A DNA stretch of 20,000 bases from Malacoraja senta (GCA_038087875.1 JAXLNO010000524.1:47305-67304); one strand, 5' to 3'. Positions 9,166 through 19,255 are shown, counted from the first letter of the stretch. The notes: generated by a model not told the origin, from the letters alone. Made by a program: numbers and translations.

Positions 9166-10470
9166 TTACACAAAATCTCCTTTTCTAAGGGGTGGCCTAC
9201 GGACCTGTCCCGCGCGCGTGCGGCATTGATCCGCATCTCCTCCCTTCACCGGGGAAGTGACCGGGGAAGTAACCGGGTACGGTGCCGGAGACCCGCATGG
9301 TGGAGGCGGCAAAGCCGGCGAGCGCGAGGGAGGAGACAGTACAACAGTTGGAGGGTACATCAGACGCATGACCTCTGGATACGAAACTGTAGGACGTGGT
9401 TCCTTCACAGGAAGATGTTGACAGTTGCAGGGCTGTGAATGTGACCCAAACGGCCATAGCGCTTGTCGGTTTGAACTTGTCCACTAGAGAGAGAATTAAG
9501 TGGTTTGCTGGACTTGTCGAAAGATTGTTTCTGTGCGTCGCGTTTCAGCTGGAGTTGTTTCTGGACAACGGGAAGTGAACGGACCTGTGGCTGCAGCAGC
9601 TTCTGGGGCACGGGCAGAGCAGCACGGGTCTGCCGAGACATCAGGCATTGGGGCTGGAGACCCCAGTATTGGGACGCGGGCGATGTTCCTTAAGTTGAGT
9701 AGGTCCAAGTGTACCTCAGATTTAGCAAGGTGTGAGCGCTCCATTAATTGTTTGGCGTTACGGACGGCCTGTTCTGCGAGTCCTTTGGACTGTGGAAATT
9801 CAGGGATGCTGGTGACATGGCGAAAATCCCATCGTTGAGCAAAGTTTTTGAAACACTGACTGCCATTATCAGATAGGAGACGTGCAGGGGCGCCGTCCAC
9901 GGAGAAGTGGCGTGACAACTTTTGGATGACTGAGAGAGGATGTGATGGTTTGGAGTAGGTTAATTTCGAACCATCCCGAATACGAATCAACAAGAACCAG
10001 ATAGTGTTTTCCACGCAACTCGAATATGTCGATAGCGACCGTGGACCACGGCAGAGGAGGAACAGGGTGTGAGAGCAAGGGTTGTTTCTGTGGTGTGGCG
10101 TTAGGCTGTTGCAGACAGTGCAGATTTCGACATTTTCGCGTATATATTTGGTCATGCCAGGCCAGTAAAACATGCTCTGCGCTCGTTGTAGGGTTGCTTC
10201 CACACCAGGGTGGCCCCTGTGGATGGCATTAAAGTACTTGTCCCGAAGAACAGCTGGGATGACTGGTTTGTGACCCTTGATTATAACCCCATCCTGTAGT
10301 ACCAGTTCGTCGCGAACTAAGTAGTATGGACGAATCGCAAGTGGGGTACTGTGTTGTTTATCCATCCAGCGTGGCTGGCTGGATAAACAAGAGGACAGTA
10401 GTTGTAGAGTTTCATCGGCAGCCCTATGCTCTGCCAGGCTGTTCAGGCATTCAGTAGGTACGTACGACAG
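9166..10470 (-). pseudogene. Gypsy integrase
   Basis: HHCC motif (HRGHPGVE...CTVC), VAIDIF, LVLVDSYSGW, LLSDNG, GLAEQAVR. C-terminus RTRAGQVRRPPLR, stop at 9166-9168. Contains frameshifts. Confidence 0.92.
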
Positions 10471-10475
10471 CATAA

Positions 10476-11749
10476 TTACTGTGATCTGGTCTTATTCTGA
10501 GAGCTGTTGTTCGCAGGTTTTGCGTAGGCCTTTTTGTAGACCATAGTAAATTCGAAATGCTGTGGCTGCATCATCATCTGTTGCCCGCGAGCCGGAGCAG
10601 CGTGAACGGGTTTGTTCAGAATGGTGACCAGCAGCTGGTGGTCTGTTTCCACCATCACAGATTTTCCCAAAATAAAGTCTTTGAATTTTGTGCTGGCAAA
10701 AACCACGGCAACAGTTCTTTTTCGATCTGGGCATAATGTTGGTCAGTTTCTGTCAGGGTACAGGAGGCGTCGATGGAAATCTGTAGGCAAGCAGCGCCAA
10801 GTCCATATTGGGATGCGTCACAAGTGAGCGTCACTGGCAACTTTAAAGCAAAGTAGGCGAGGGTTGGAGCACTGGCCAGTTGCAACTTGAGGATTTCAAA
10901 AGCTCTTTGGTGCTGTGGGTACCAGGACCAGGCAGTGTCATTGTGAGTCAGTTCCCGCAGAGGGGGCATATATATCGCTGAGGTTGGGAATGAATTGCCC
11001 CAGGTAGTTGACCATTCCCTGGAATCTCTGTAAACTCGTAATGTCAGTGGGAACGGGCATCCCGTTGATGGCAGTGGTCTTGGATGGGTCTGAGACCATC
11101 TCTGTACCTGAGACCATCACTGGTGAAAACGTGGCAGACATTGAAATCTGCATTTTAGAGGGTTGAGCTTTAGATGAATGTCTTTGGCACGATCTAGTAC
11201 TTTTTTTTAGATTGGCGTCATGTTCAGCCGTGTCGTGTCCAACAAAGAGGATACCCGCAAATAATTGTTCTAGTGTGCCCTGCAAAACCTCACTAGCAAA
11301 GTTGATACCGAAGGGCATTCTCAGTCATTTGTAGTGGCCAAAGGAGGTGCCGAACGTGGTGAGATTGGATGAGTCAGAGTCCAGCGGGATCTGCCAAAAC
11401 AAACTTTCGGCATCCACAACAGAGAACACAAATGCACTGCCTATCTGAGCAGCAACTTCCTCTACTGTTTGCATCGGGTAGTGTGGCCGTTTGATCGCTG
11501 TGTTTAGGTCTCTGGGGTTGATGCAGATTCAGATTTCTTTCTTGTTTTTCTTTGTTGCAACCACCATGGTGGAAACCCAGTCAGACGGATCAGTAACCGT
11601 ACCAACCGTACCAGTGAGCTGGAGCTCACTGTATACTCTGTCGCGCATAGCATGCGGTATATGGTGTGGTGCTCGGACCACAGGTGCAACATTTGGATCA
11701 GTGGCGATATTGTACTTGATGGGCATTTTTCCAAGCTTGTCATCAAATA
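10476..11749 (-). pseudogene. Gypsy RT and RNase H
   Basis: WVSTMVVATKK, DLNTAIKRPHYP, FWQIPL, RMPFGI, LQRFQGMVNY, LTCDASQYGLGA, YAQIEKELL, ETDHQ. The YxDD region is deleted and there are many frameshifts. Confidence 0.92.
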
Positions 11750-12091
11750 CAGGGGCAGAAATCCCAGGGAAGGCCAGGGGGGACACGTCCCCACCCCCCA
11801 TTTTTTGTAATCCGGATTTTAAAACGCGGTGAAATCTCCACTTTCAGCGAGACAGTGGGGGTGGGACTGCGGTCCGAGGGCGCCGATTGGACGAGAGAGA
11901 TGTCGGTCAGCAGGCAATGGGGGCGGGACATGATGATTCAGCGCGATCATTGGAGGAGGGAGGTGTCGGTCAGAGGCGGAAGTAGGGGGGGGTGGGACTG
12001 AGGATAGAGCGTGGTGATTGGAGGAGGGAGATGTGCCAAAACACTCTCGGCAGCCCTGGACACCAAAGATACTAGTATCTTTGATGGACAC
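11750..12091. mobile_element. GC-rich foreign segment (probable DNA transposon remnants) in place of the Gypsy protease region
   Basis: Abrupt G-rich non-coding block starting CAGGGGC (11750) and ending GGCAGCCCTG (12058), which are hAT-like ends without a matching TSD. It has internal repeats (gtcggtcag, attggaggaggga) and is followed by a 20-bp palindrome. Confidence 0.5.
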
Positions 12092-12199
12092 AGACCTGCG
12101 CCTCATCCGCATCCAGGATTGATCCCGGCTCTCCGGCGCTGCAATTGCTGCCGAATTGCCACTGGACCATTCGTTATCAGTAGGTTCATGTTTTAACAG

Positions 12200-12622
12200 G
12201 TGTACAGTATGTCTTGGGAACGAACGAGCCATGCGAGAATGACAACATTTCACGACGTGGTTAAAATTCTTACAGTAGTGGCAAATTTTACCGTAAGCAG
12301 CACAGAATTCACGACCTGTAGTGTGGGAGCTGTGACAGTTAGAGCACCATTCGATAGATCTCTCAGGCTACCAGGGTGGGGTGGGTTGTGAATGTCGGTT
12401 GCGATAGGAGGTGTCAGTAGCATTGACATTGAACGGGGATCGTGGCCCAGAGCCCACAGACTTTGTGTGGGAAGCCTTAAGTTCAGCGATTCTGCAAGCA
12501 TGTTCAGCTCGGTCCAAGGTCAATTCAGTATCACAAAGCAATTTGTCTCGTACCTTGTTACTGAATAAACCTCCTACCAGTTTGTCATGGATGAGATCTT
12601 CACACAAATCTCCGAAACGACA
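12200..12622 (-). pseudogene. Gypsy gag, C-terminal part
   Basis: CRFGDLCEDLIHDKLVGG...LTLDRA...C, and the double knuckle CSNCHSSH...CAAYGKICHYCKNFNHVVKCC. Confidence 0.88.
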
Positions 12623-12879
12623 GAAACATATAAAATTATAAAAGGACTGGACAAGCTAGATGTTGGGTGAGTCCAGAACCTGTCTTAGAATAAAGGGGAA
12701 GCCATTTAAGACTGAGGTGAGAAAAAACTTTTTCACCCAGAGAGTTGTGAATTTGTGGAATTCCCTGCCACAGAGGGCAGTGGAGGTCAAGTCACTGGAT
12801 GTATTTAAGAGAGAGTGAGATAGAGCTCTTGGGGCTAGTGGAATCAAGGGATATGTGGAGAAGGCAGGCACAGGTTATT

Positions 12880-14080
12880 ACATAGATACATAGATACATA
12901 GAAATTAGGTGCAGGAGTAGGCCATTCGGCCCTTCGAGCCTGCACCGCCATTCAATACGATCATGGCTGATCATCCAACTCAGTATCCCATACCTGCCTT
13001 CTCTCCATACCCCCTGATCCCTTTAGCCACAAGGGCCACATCTAATTCCCTCTTAAATATAGCCAATGAACTGGCCTCAACTACCCTCTGTGGCAGAGAG
13101 TTCCAGAGATTCACCACTCTCTGTGTGAAAAAGTTTTTCCTCATCTCGGTCTTAAAGGATTTTCCCCTTATCCTTAAGCTGTGACCCCTTGTCCTGGACT
13201 TCCCCAACATCGGGAACAATCTTCCTGCATCTAGCCTGTCCAACCCCATAAGAATCTTGTACGTTTCTATAAGATCCCCTCTCAATCTCCTAAATTCTAG
13301 CGAGTATAAGCCAAGTCTATCCAGTCTTTCTTCATATGAAAGTCCTGACATCCCAGGAATCAGTCTGGTGAACCTTCTCTGCACTCCCTCTATGGCTATA
13401 ATGTCCTTCCTCAGATTTGGAGACCAAAACTGTACGCAATACTCCAGGTGTGGTCTCACCAAGACCCTGTACAACTGCAGTAGAACCTCACTGCTCCTAT
13501 ACTCAAATCCTCTTGCTATGAAGGCCAACATACCATTCGCTTTCTTCACTGCCTGCTGCACCTGCATGCCTACTTTCAATGACTGGTGTACCATGACACC
13601 CAGGTCTCGCTGCATCTCCCCATTTCCTAATCGGCCACCATTTAGATAATAGTCTGCCTTCCCGTTTTTGCTACCAAAGTGGATAACCTCACATTTATCC
13701 ACATTATACTGCATCTGCCAAACATTTGCCCACTCACCCAGCCTATCCAAGTCACCTTGCAGTCTCCTAGCATCCTCCTCACAGCTAACACTGCCCCCCA
13801 GCTTAGTGTCATCCGCAAACTTGGAGATGTTGCTTTCAATTCCCTCGTCCAGATCATTAATATAAATTGTAAATAGCTGGGGTCCCAGCACTGAGCCTTG
13901 AGGTACCCCACTAGTCACTGCCTGCCATTGTGAAAAGGACCCGTTTACTCCTACTCTTTGCTTCCTGTTTGCCAGCCAGTTCTCTATCCACATCAATACT
14001 GAACCCCCAATACCGTGTGATTTAAGTTTGTATCCTAATCTCTTATGTGGTACCTTGTCCAAAGCCTTCTGAAAGTCCAG
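12880..14080 (-). mobile_element. Young 5'-truncated CR1 LINE (b) with an uninterrupted 360-aa RT C-terminal frame
   Basis: ORF 12980-14062 contains GVPQGSVLGP, KFADD and RPHLEYCVQFW. It has a 3' UTR and a (TATCTATG)n tail at 12880-12901. Confidence 0.97.
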
Positions 14081-14147
14081 GGGACGATTGGGGACGATCA
14101 GCCATGATCACAATGAATGGAGGTGCTGGCTCGAATGGCCTCCTCCT

Positions 14148-15002
14148 GAGGTACTACATCTCGGCAGGACAAATCAAAATAGGACGTACATGGTAAATGG
14201 TAGAGAATTGAGGAATGCAGTTGAACAGAGGGATCTAGGAATAGCTGTGCATAGTTCCCTGAAGGTGGAATCTCATGTAGATAGGGTGGTAAAGAAAGTT
14301 TTTGGGGTGCTGGCCTTTATAAATCAGAGCATTGAATATAGAAGTTGGGATGTAATGTTAAAATTGTACAAGGCATTGGTGAGGCCAATTCTAGAGTATG
14401 GAGTACAATTTTGGTCGCCTAATTATAGGAAGGATGTCAACAAAATAGAGAGAGTACAGAGGAGATTTACTAGAATGTTGCCTGGGTTTCAGCAACTAAG
14501 TTACAGAGAAAGGTTGAACAAGTTAGGTCTTTATTCTTTGGAGCACAGAAGGTTAAGAGGGGACTTGATAGAGGTCTTTAAAATTATGAGCGGGTTAGAC
14601 AGAGTTGACGTAGATAAGCTTTTTCCATTGAGAGTAGGGAAGATTCAAACAAGGGGACATGACTTGAGAATTAAGGGACAGAAGTTTAGTGGTAACATTA
14701 GGGGGAAATTCTTTACTCAGAGAGTGGTAGCTGTGTGGAATGAGCTTCCAGTGGAAGTGGTGGAGGCTGGTTCGATTTTATCCTTTAAAAATAGATTGGA
14801 TGGGTATATGGACGGGAAAGGAATGGAGGGTTATGGTCTGAGTGCAGGTAGATGGGACTAGGGGGAAGTATTTATTTAAAAAAAAAAATAAATAAAAGAA
14901 AAAAAAAATAATAATAATAATAATGTTCGGCACGGACTTGAAGGGCCGAGATGGCCTGTTTCCGTGCTGTAATAGTTATATGGTTATATGGTTATATGGT
15001 TA
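14148..15002 (+). mobile_element. Young 5'-truncated CR1 LINE (c)
   Basis: Open frame EVLHLGRTN...LVRPILEYGVQFW...RRLRGDLIEVFK, stop at 14861. A-rich and (TAA)n tract in the 3' UTR, and a (TTATATGG)3 tail. Confidence 0.96.
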
Positions 15003-15019
15003 TTTTCTATGTTTCTATG

Positions 15020-15424
15020 ATAGCGTGCAGCCATGTGTTTTAAATCACTGAGGAAGTTTTCAATAGGTTCTTCTTGCTGTTGGAAGAGAGCAAATAACTT
15101 AGTACATTCAATTATGGAGTTGGCTCAAAGGTCGCATTGCTGTCTGAACTTAGTGAGCAGGACTGCAGGGTTACACATAGTTTCAGCAGGCACCACAACC
15201 TGGTTGTTGTGATCCATAACAGCAGGCGCGTAGTTAAAACACTCTGCACACTTCATTGCTTCAAGGCCAGCAACATTAAGTAGTATAGAGGCATGTACGT
15301 CAGGTACAGCGCTGCGATGGGCAGCACGAATGTAGTGGTTGTAGTCGCGCTCAAAGATGCGGCAACGTTCAGCGATGTCCGAGTCAAAGAACAGAGGATC
15401 TGGACGGCAAAGCGAGCTAGCCAT
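15020..15424 (-). pseudogene. Gypsy gag, N-terminal part
   Basis: ATG at 15424, 80 nt after the PBS: MASSLCRPDPLFFD...ILLNVAG. Then EPIENFLSDLKHMAAR, which continues into CRFGD at 12622. Confidence 0.85.
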
Positions 15425-15503
15425 GGCAGCGATAGCAAGTATACACAACAACTAGGTGGACAAAATAAAAAACGATATACTTAAACACGGAGTGGGTAGG
15501 CAA

Positions 15504-15519
15504 CCACTTCTTGACACCA
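15504..15519 (-). promoter_or_regulatory. Primer binding site, tRNA-Leu type
   Basis: Minus-strand TGGTGTCAAGAAGTGG directly follows the LTR end ...TTTACA. It matches the complement of the vertebrate tRNA-Leu(CAA) 3' end (TGGTGTCAGAAGTGG) with one extra A. Confidence 0.85.
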
Positions 15520-16355
15520 TGTAAATGACTCAGTCATTGACACAACATGGTACAACATAGTTTTATTAAAGATCACTCAAAGGCCTGTCTCACGAGTCTG
15601 CGGTCATTGGCGGCAAAACAGGAACAATCTACCGCTCCTGGGCCGCCAGAGACCGCGGGCTCGGTCAAACGCCCGCCGCCGGGGCCGTGCGGCGTTGTTC
15701 CCAACACCGCACGGTGCTAAAATAAAACCAACACTGTTCAAAAATATGTTCTTACTGCACAGCCGCCGCCAGTGAGGCATGAGTGCGGCACGGCCGCTGC
15801 CACAGCCGCCGCCAGTGCGGCACGAGCGCCGTGCGTCGAACTTGCACCGCCACAGCCTCCGCCAGTGAGGCACGACCGCCGCCACAGGCACCGCCACAGC
15901 CGCCGCTAGTGAGTCACGTGTGCCGCACGGCCGCCTCCACAGCCACCGCCACAGCACCGCGATCAGCACTGCCGCCGCCACAGCCCCGCAGATCCGAAAT
16001 GACGTCATCGCAGTCGGCCCGCCCTTTGTTTTTACTTACCGCAAGCTCGTGGGACCAGCCGTACTTAAATCACTCGGCCCCCGTGCAGCATCCGTGCGGC
16101 GCTCCTGTGGCATAGGCTCGGCGCTCTCGCCATTGCCGTGCGGTCCCCTCTACCGGCGACGCCGCGCTTCACCGCCGATGACCGCAACACCGTGAGACAG
16201 AGCCTTTACTGTATACTTCAACATGATGTTATAGCTTGTGTAGCGACTATTCGACTGCCAGCATGAGCTGAGTTCTGATAATATAAAGCATATAGTAGGC
16301 GGAGATTCTACTAATAAAGCACTACAATTGGTTAGTGTGAAGTAACCAATCAACA
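15520..16355 (-). repeat. Gypsy 5' LTR (about 210 bp, split by the MITE)
   Basis: Reads TGT...ACA on the minus strand, is adjacent to the PBS, and has AATAAA at 15567-15562. The host CR1 resumes at 16356. There is no second LTR to confirm the boundary. Confidence 0.7.
15582..16204 (-). mobile_element. GC-rich MITE copy 1 (PIF/Harbinger-related type termini)
   Basis: Ends are GGCCTGTCTCACG and CGTGAGACAGAGCC, with internal (GCC)-rich repeats. It is an inverted homolog of 17415-18104. Confidence 0.88.
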
Positions 16356-16585
16356 CCTACCTTAGGTAAAAGACTGTGCATTCACTCTATCTATTCCCTT
16401 CATGATTTTATACATGATCTTCTTCTTGCGTATGGCGTGCTCAGCCTAAAGTTGTAGGTCAACTTGTTCTATTTGATCTCGGTTTGATTGCATTAATCGA
16501 AACAGGGTGGACCACATGAAGGTTGCAATCTCCCACCCCATACACCTCTATGAGATCACCTCTCAACCTCTTGCACTCAAAGGAC
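16356..16585 (-). mobile_element. Last pieces of the split host CR1 (16356-16414 and 16540-16585)
   Basis: The minus strand reads SFECKRLRGDLIEVY, then KIMKGIDRVNAQS after removing 16415-16539. Confidence 0.85.
16415..16539 (-). mobile_element. Short retroposon-like insertion with an (AAG)n tail
   Basis: Interrupts the CR1 frame, has a 5-bp TSD ataca (16410-16414 and 16540-16544), and the minus strand ends CGCAAGAAGAAG. Confidence 0.7.
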
Positions 16586-16989
16586 TGGACTTCCACTGAT
16601 GGAACAGAGTAATGCAATGAGAAATCTATTGGTCTATCTGACCATGTGTTTTTTTTAGACCAGATGTTATCATTTTCCTTGAAGTTCCTACCCAATAAAG
16701 TGACTTTCAAATCTACAAATGAATGACTTACATAATGAGTTATTGAATAAACAAAAATAAAACAGGTCAGACACCATTATGCACTAGTTTATGATTTCTT
16801 TAAAAAAAAACAGGATGCACAAGAGGTGCTTTAAGGGAAACAGACAAAGCAAAAAAGCAAAAGAATTAGATTGGAAATTGTGGAGAGATTGAACACAGAT
16901 CAATGCATATGATCAATTTACTTTGATTAAAGCAACATCAAAGATTGTGTTCATTGAAGAAACATGTTTAATATGTTAAAGGATCATGC

Positions 16990-17082
16990 CGGCGACTCTT
17001 TTGTGTACTTTGTAGCCAGAAACAAAGAATTTCACTGCACCATCAAGTGACAATAAAGTATCATCATAATCATCAGCATCAT
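16990..17082 (+). mobile_element. LINE 3' tail remnant (L2/Rex-Babar-like)
   Basis: aaagaatttcactg...gtgacaataaag followed by a (TCA)n-like tail. Confidence 0.5.
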
Positions 17083-17086
17083 GATA

Positions 17087-17413
17087 CGGCACAGTGGCAC
17101 AGAGGTAGAGTTGCTGTTTACAGTCTTGCAGCGCCGGAGACCCGGGTTCGATCCCGACTACCGGTGCGGTTTGTTCGGAGTTTGTACGTTCTCCCCGTGA
17201 CCGCGTGGGTTTTCTCCGAGATCTTCGGTTTCCTCCTACACTCCAAAGACGTACACCTTTGAAGGTTAATTGGCTTGGTATTAGTGTAAATTATCTCTAG
17301 CGTGTGTAGGGAGGCGTGAATGTGCGGGGATCGCTGGTCTGTGTGGACTTAGTGGGCCGAAGAGCCTGTTTCCGCTCTGTATCTCTAAACTAAACTAAAA
17401 AAAACTAAACTAA
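17087..17413 (+). mobile_element. tRNA-derived SINE (HE1/V-SINE-like)
   Basis: A box TGGCACAGAGGTAG, B box GGTTCGATCCC, core ggagtttgtacgttctccccgtg, and tail cctgtttccgctctgtatctc(TAAAC)n. Confidence 0.92.
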
Positions 17414-17414
17414 T

Positions 17415-18104
17415 GGCTCTGTCTCACGGTGTTACGGTCATCGGCGGTGAAGCGCGGCGTCGCCGGTAGAGGGGACCGCACGGCAAAGGCGAGAGGCCGA
17501 GCCTATGCCGCGGGAGCGCCGCACGGATGCTGCGTGGGGGCCGAGTGATTTAAGTACGGCTGGTCCCACGAGCTTGCGGTAAGTTTAAAAAAAAGGGCGG
17601 GCCGACTGCGATGACGTCATTTCGGATCTGCAGGGCTGTGGCGGCGGCAGTGCTGATCGCGGCGCTGTGGCGGCAGCTGTGGCGGCGGCCGTGTGGCACA
17701 CGTGCCTCACTAGCGGCAGCTGTCGTGCGGCACACGTGCCTCACTGGCGGCAGCTGTGGCGGCGGCCGTGTGGCACACGTGCCTCACTAGCGGCAGCTGT
17801 CGTGCGGCACACGTGCCTCACTGGCGGAGGCTGTGGCGGTGCAAGTTCGACGCACGGCGCTCGTGCCGCACTGGCGGCGGCTGTGGCGGTGACTGTGCCG
17901 CACTCGTGCCTCACTGGCGGCGGCTGTGCGGTAGGAACATATTATTGAACAGTGTTGGTTTTATTTTAGCACCGTGCGGTGTTGGGAACAACGCCGCACG
18001 GCCCCAGCGGTGGGCGTTTGACCGAGCCCGCGGTCTCTGGCGGCCCAGGTGCAGTAGATTGTTCCTGTTTTGCCGCCAATGACCGCAGACTCATGAGACA
18101 GGCC
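17415..18104 (+). mobile_element. GC-rich MITE copy 2, with an internal 77-bp tandem duplication (about 17670-17827)
   Basis: Ends are GGCTCTGTCTCACG and TGAGACAGGCC. It is a near-identical inverted homolog of 15582-16204. Confidence 0.88.
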
Positions 18105-18183
18105 TTTGAATCATCATCACATAAATATTTTTGGTCTGGTTTTGTTTTTTGGGAAGCCTCCATTGCTTCAAACATTTTTTTTT

Positions 18184-18285
18184 TAATCCCTTTAGATTCT
18201 GGAAAAAATACCATTTGGTTAATCTTGGCTGCAAAGGCATTACATGCTTTCATTAAATGTTGCTGATGGAAATCCAGTTCTAGAT
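18184..18285. repeat. Copy B of the unclassified 102-bp repeat
   Basis: 85/102 ungapped identity to 455-556, same orientation. Confidence 0.85.
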
Positions 18286-19255
18286 ATCTTCTTGCAGATT
18301 TAAGCCATATTATCTTTCAAGCTAATAAATCTTTGCTTACTTATATTACAACATGCCGAGCATTGCCACTCTGCCTGTGTTTACCTGTTTTGAAACCTCA
18401 ATGCTTGAAAAATGCTGTTGTTTTCCTTTCACTGGTTCAGCTAATCTATGATTCTTTATGATTTAATGAACAAATTATAAAACCTGTTGAAGCCTGCAGC
18501 AAAGATTTAGACCCAAGGTTGAAAGTGCAATTTTACATTTATCAAATCAAACTGTGCAATCTAATTTCGAAATTCAATTTCTGACAGGAAGTATTTGACA
18601 AATATTTTATTATGAGAAATAGAAAGGCATAATTTATTACTAAATGAATCAAGATCTACTTGATCAAATTGTATAAATGCAGTTTGATATTCTTAGTCAT
18701 TGGTGCAGTTGCTAAATTTGCACGCTTAGTGAGATGATGGTTTTAGAGCTTAAGGAGGTCAAGACTCTTTCATTAATGCCATTCCACCATATAACCTATA
18801 GCTGCAGATTTCCACTTGAAATTAGTTTAAAGTAAGAATATGTATTATTCTGGTGAAGCATTGACTAGGAAATTGTGAGCTAACACGTTTAAACTGATTA
18901 ACTTCTTCTAGGAATATTATTTAGCAATCATATTATAGCATTTGCTGGCATCATATTCCCGTTCATGGCTCAATCAACTTATGAAATGTCCTGCAAAATG
19001 CTTAGGAAGGAGGAGAGCAGAGAACTATGCAAATTGGAAATTGTTATATATTTTCTAAGTATTACAATGTTTTCTATTGCAAGGAATATGAAATCCACAC
19101 AATGTAAATTTCACCAGGCCATTTATTACATGGTTTTGTGGAGCTAAGCAGCCCCTGACTGCTCTCAGTTCTTTCTGACTCAGCGAACTTCACCAAAGTA
19201 ACCTACTGTTGGTAAAATGAGTGCATAAATATATTAATAAGTGTATTGCTGTTGA

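Larger units (their letters stand above)
12623..15019 (+). mobile_element. CR1 3' fragment (a), in three pieces: 12623-12879, 14081-14147, 15001-15019
   Basis: ETYKIIKGLDKLD...FFTQRVVNLWNSLP, then 3' UTR gatcagccatgatcacaatgaatgg...gaatggcctcctcct, then tail ttttctatgtttctatg. It interrupts Gypsy gag. Confidence 0.85.
9158..16355 (-). mobile_element. Decayed Gypsy/Ty3 LTR retrotransposon (Mag-like); 3' LTR absent, several nested insertions
   Basis: The minus strand has 5' LTR, PBS, gag with a double zinc knuckle, RT, RNase H and integrase, in Gypsy order (integrase last). Confidence 0.93.

Noticed and set aside
14088..14861. 257-aa ORF as a standalone gene
   Set aside because: It is a chance fusion of the CR1-a 3' UTR with the 5'-truncated CR1-c ORF2.
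16645..16705. Possible exon after ttttttttag (PDVIIFLEVPTQ)
   Set aside because: That frame hits a stop before any convincing donor, and there is no other support.
17087..17160. tRNA gene (also 970-1039 on the minus strand)
   Set aside because: The A and B boxes belong to SINE heads that continue into a SINE core and LINE-like tail. No full cloverleaf is evident.
17660..17930. Repeat array resembling CRISPR
   Set aside because: These are degenerate tandem units with no unique spacers and no cas genes, inside a eukaryotic MITE.
15604..18266. Ala/Arg/Cys-rich ORFs in the GC-rich blocks
   Set aside because: They arise from GC-rich internal repeats of the MITE, have no transposase motifs, and are open in several frames.
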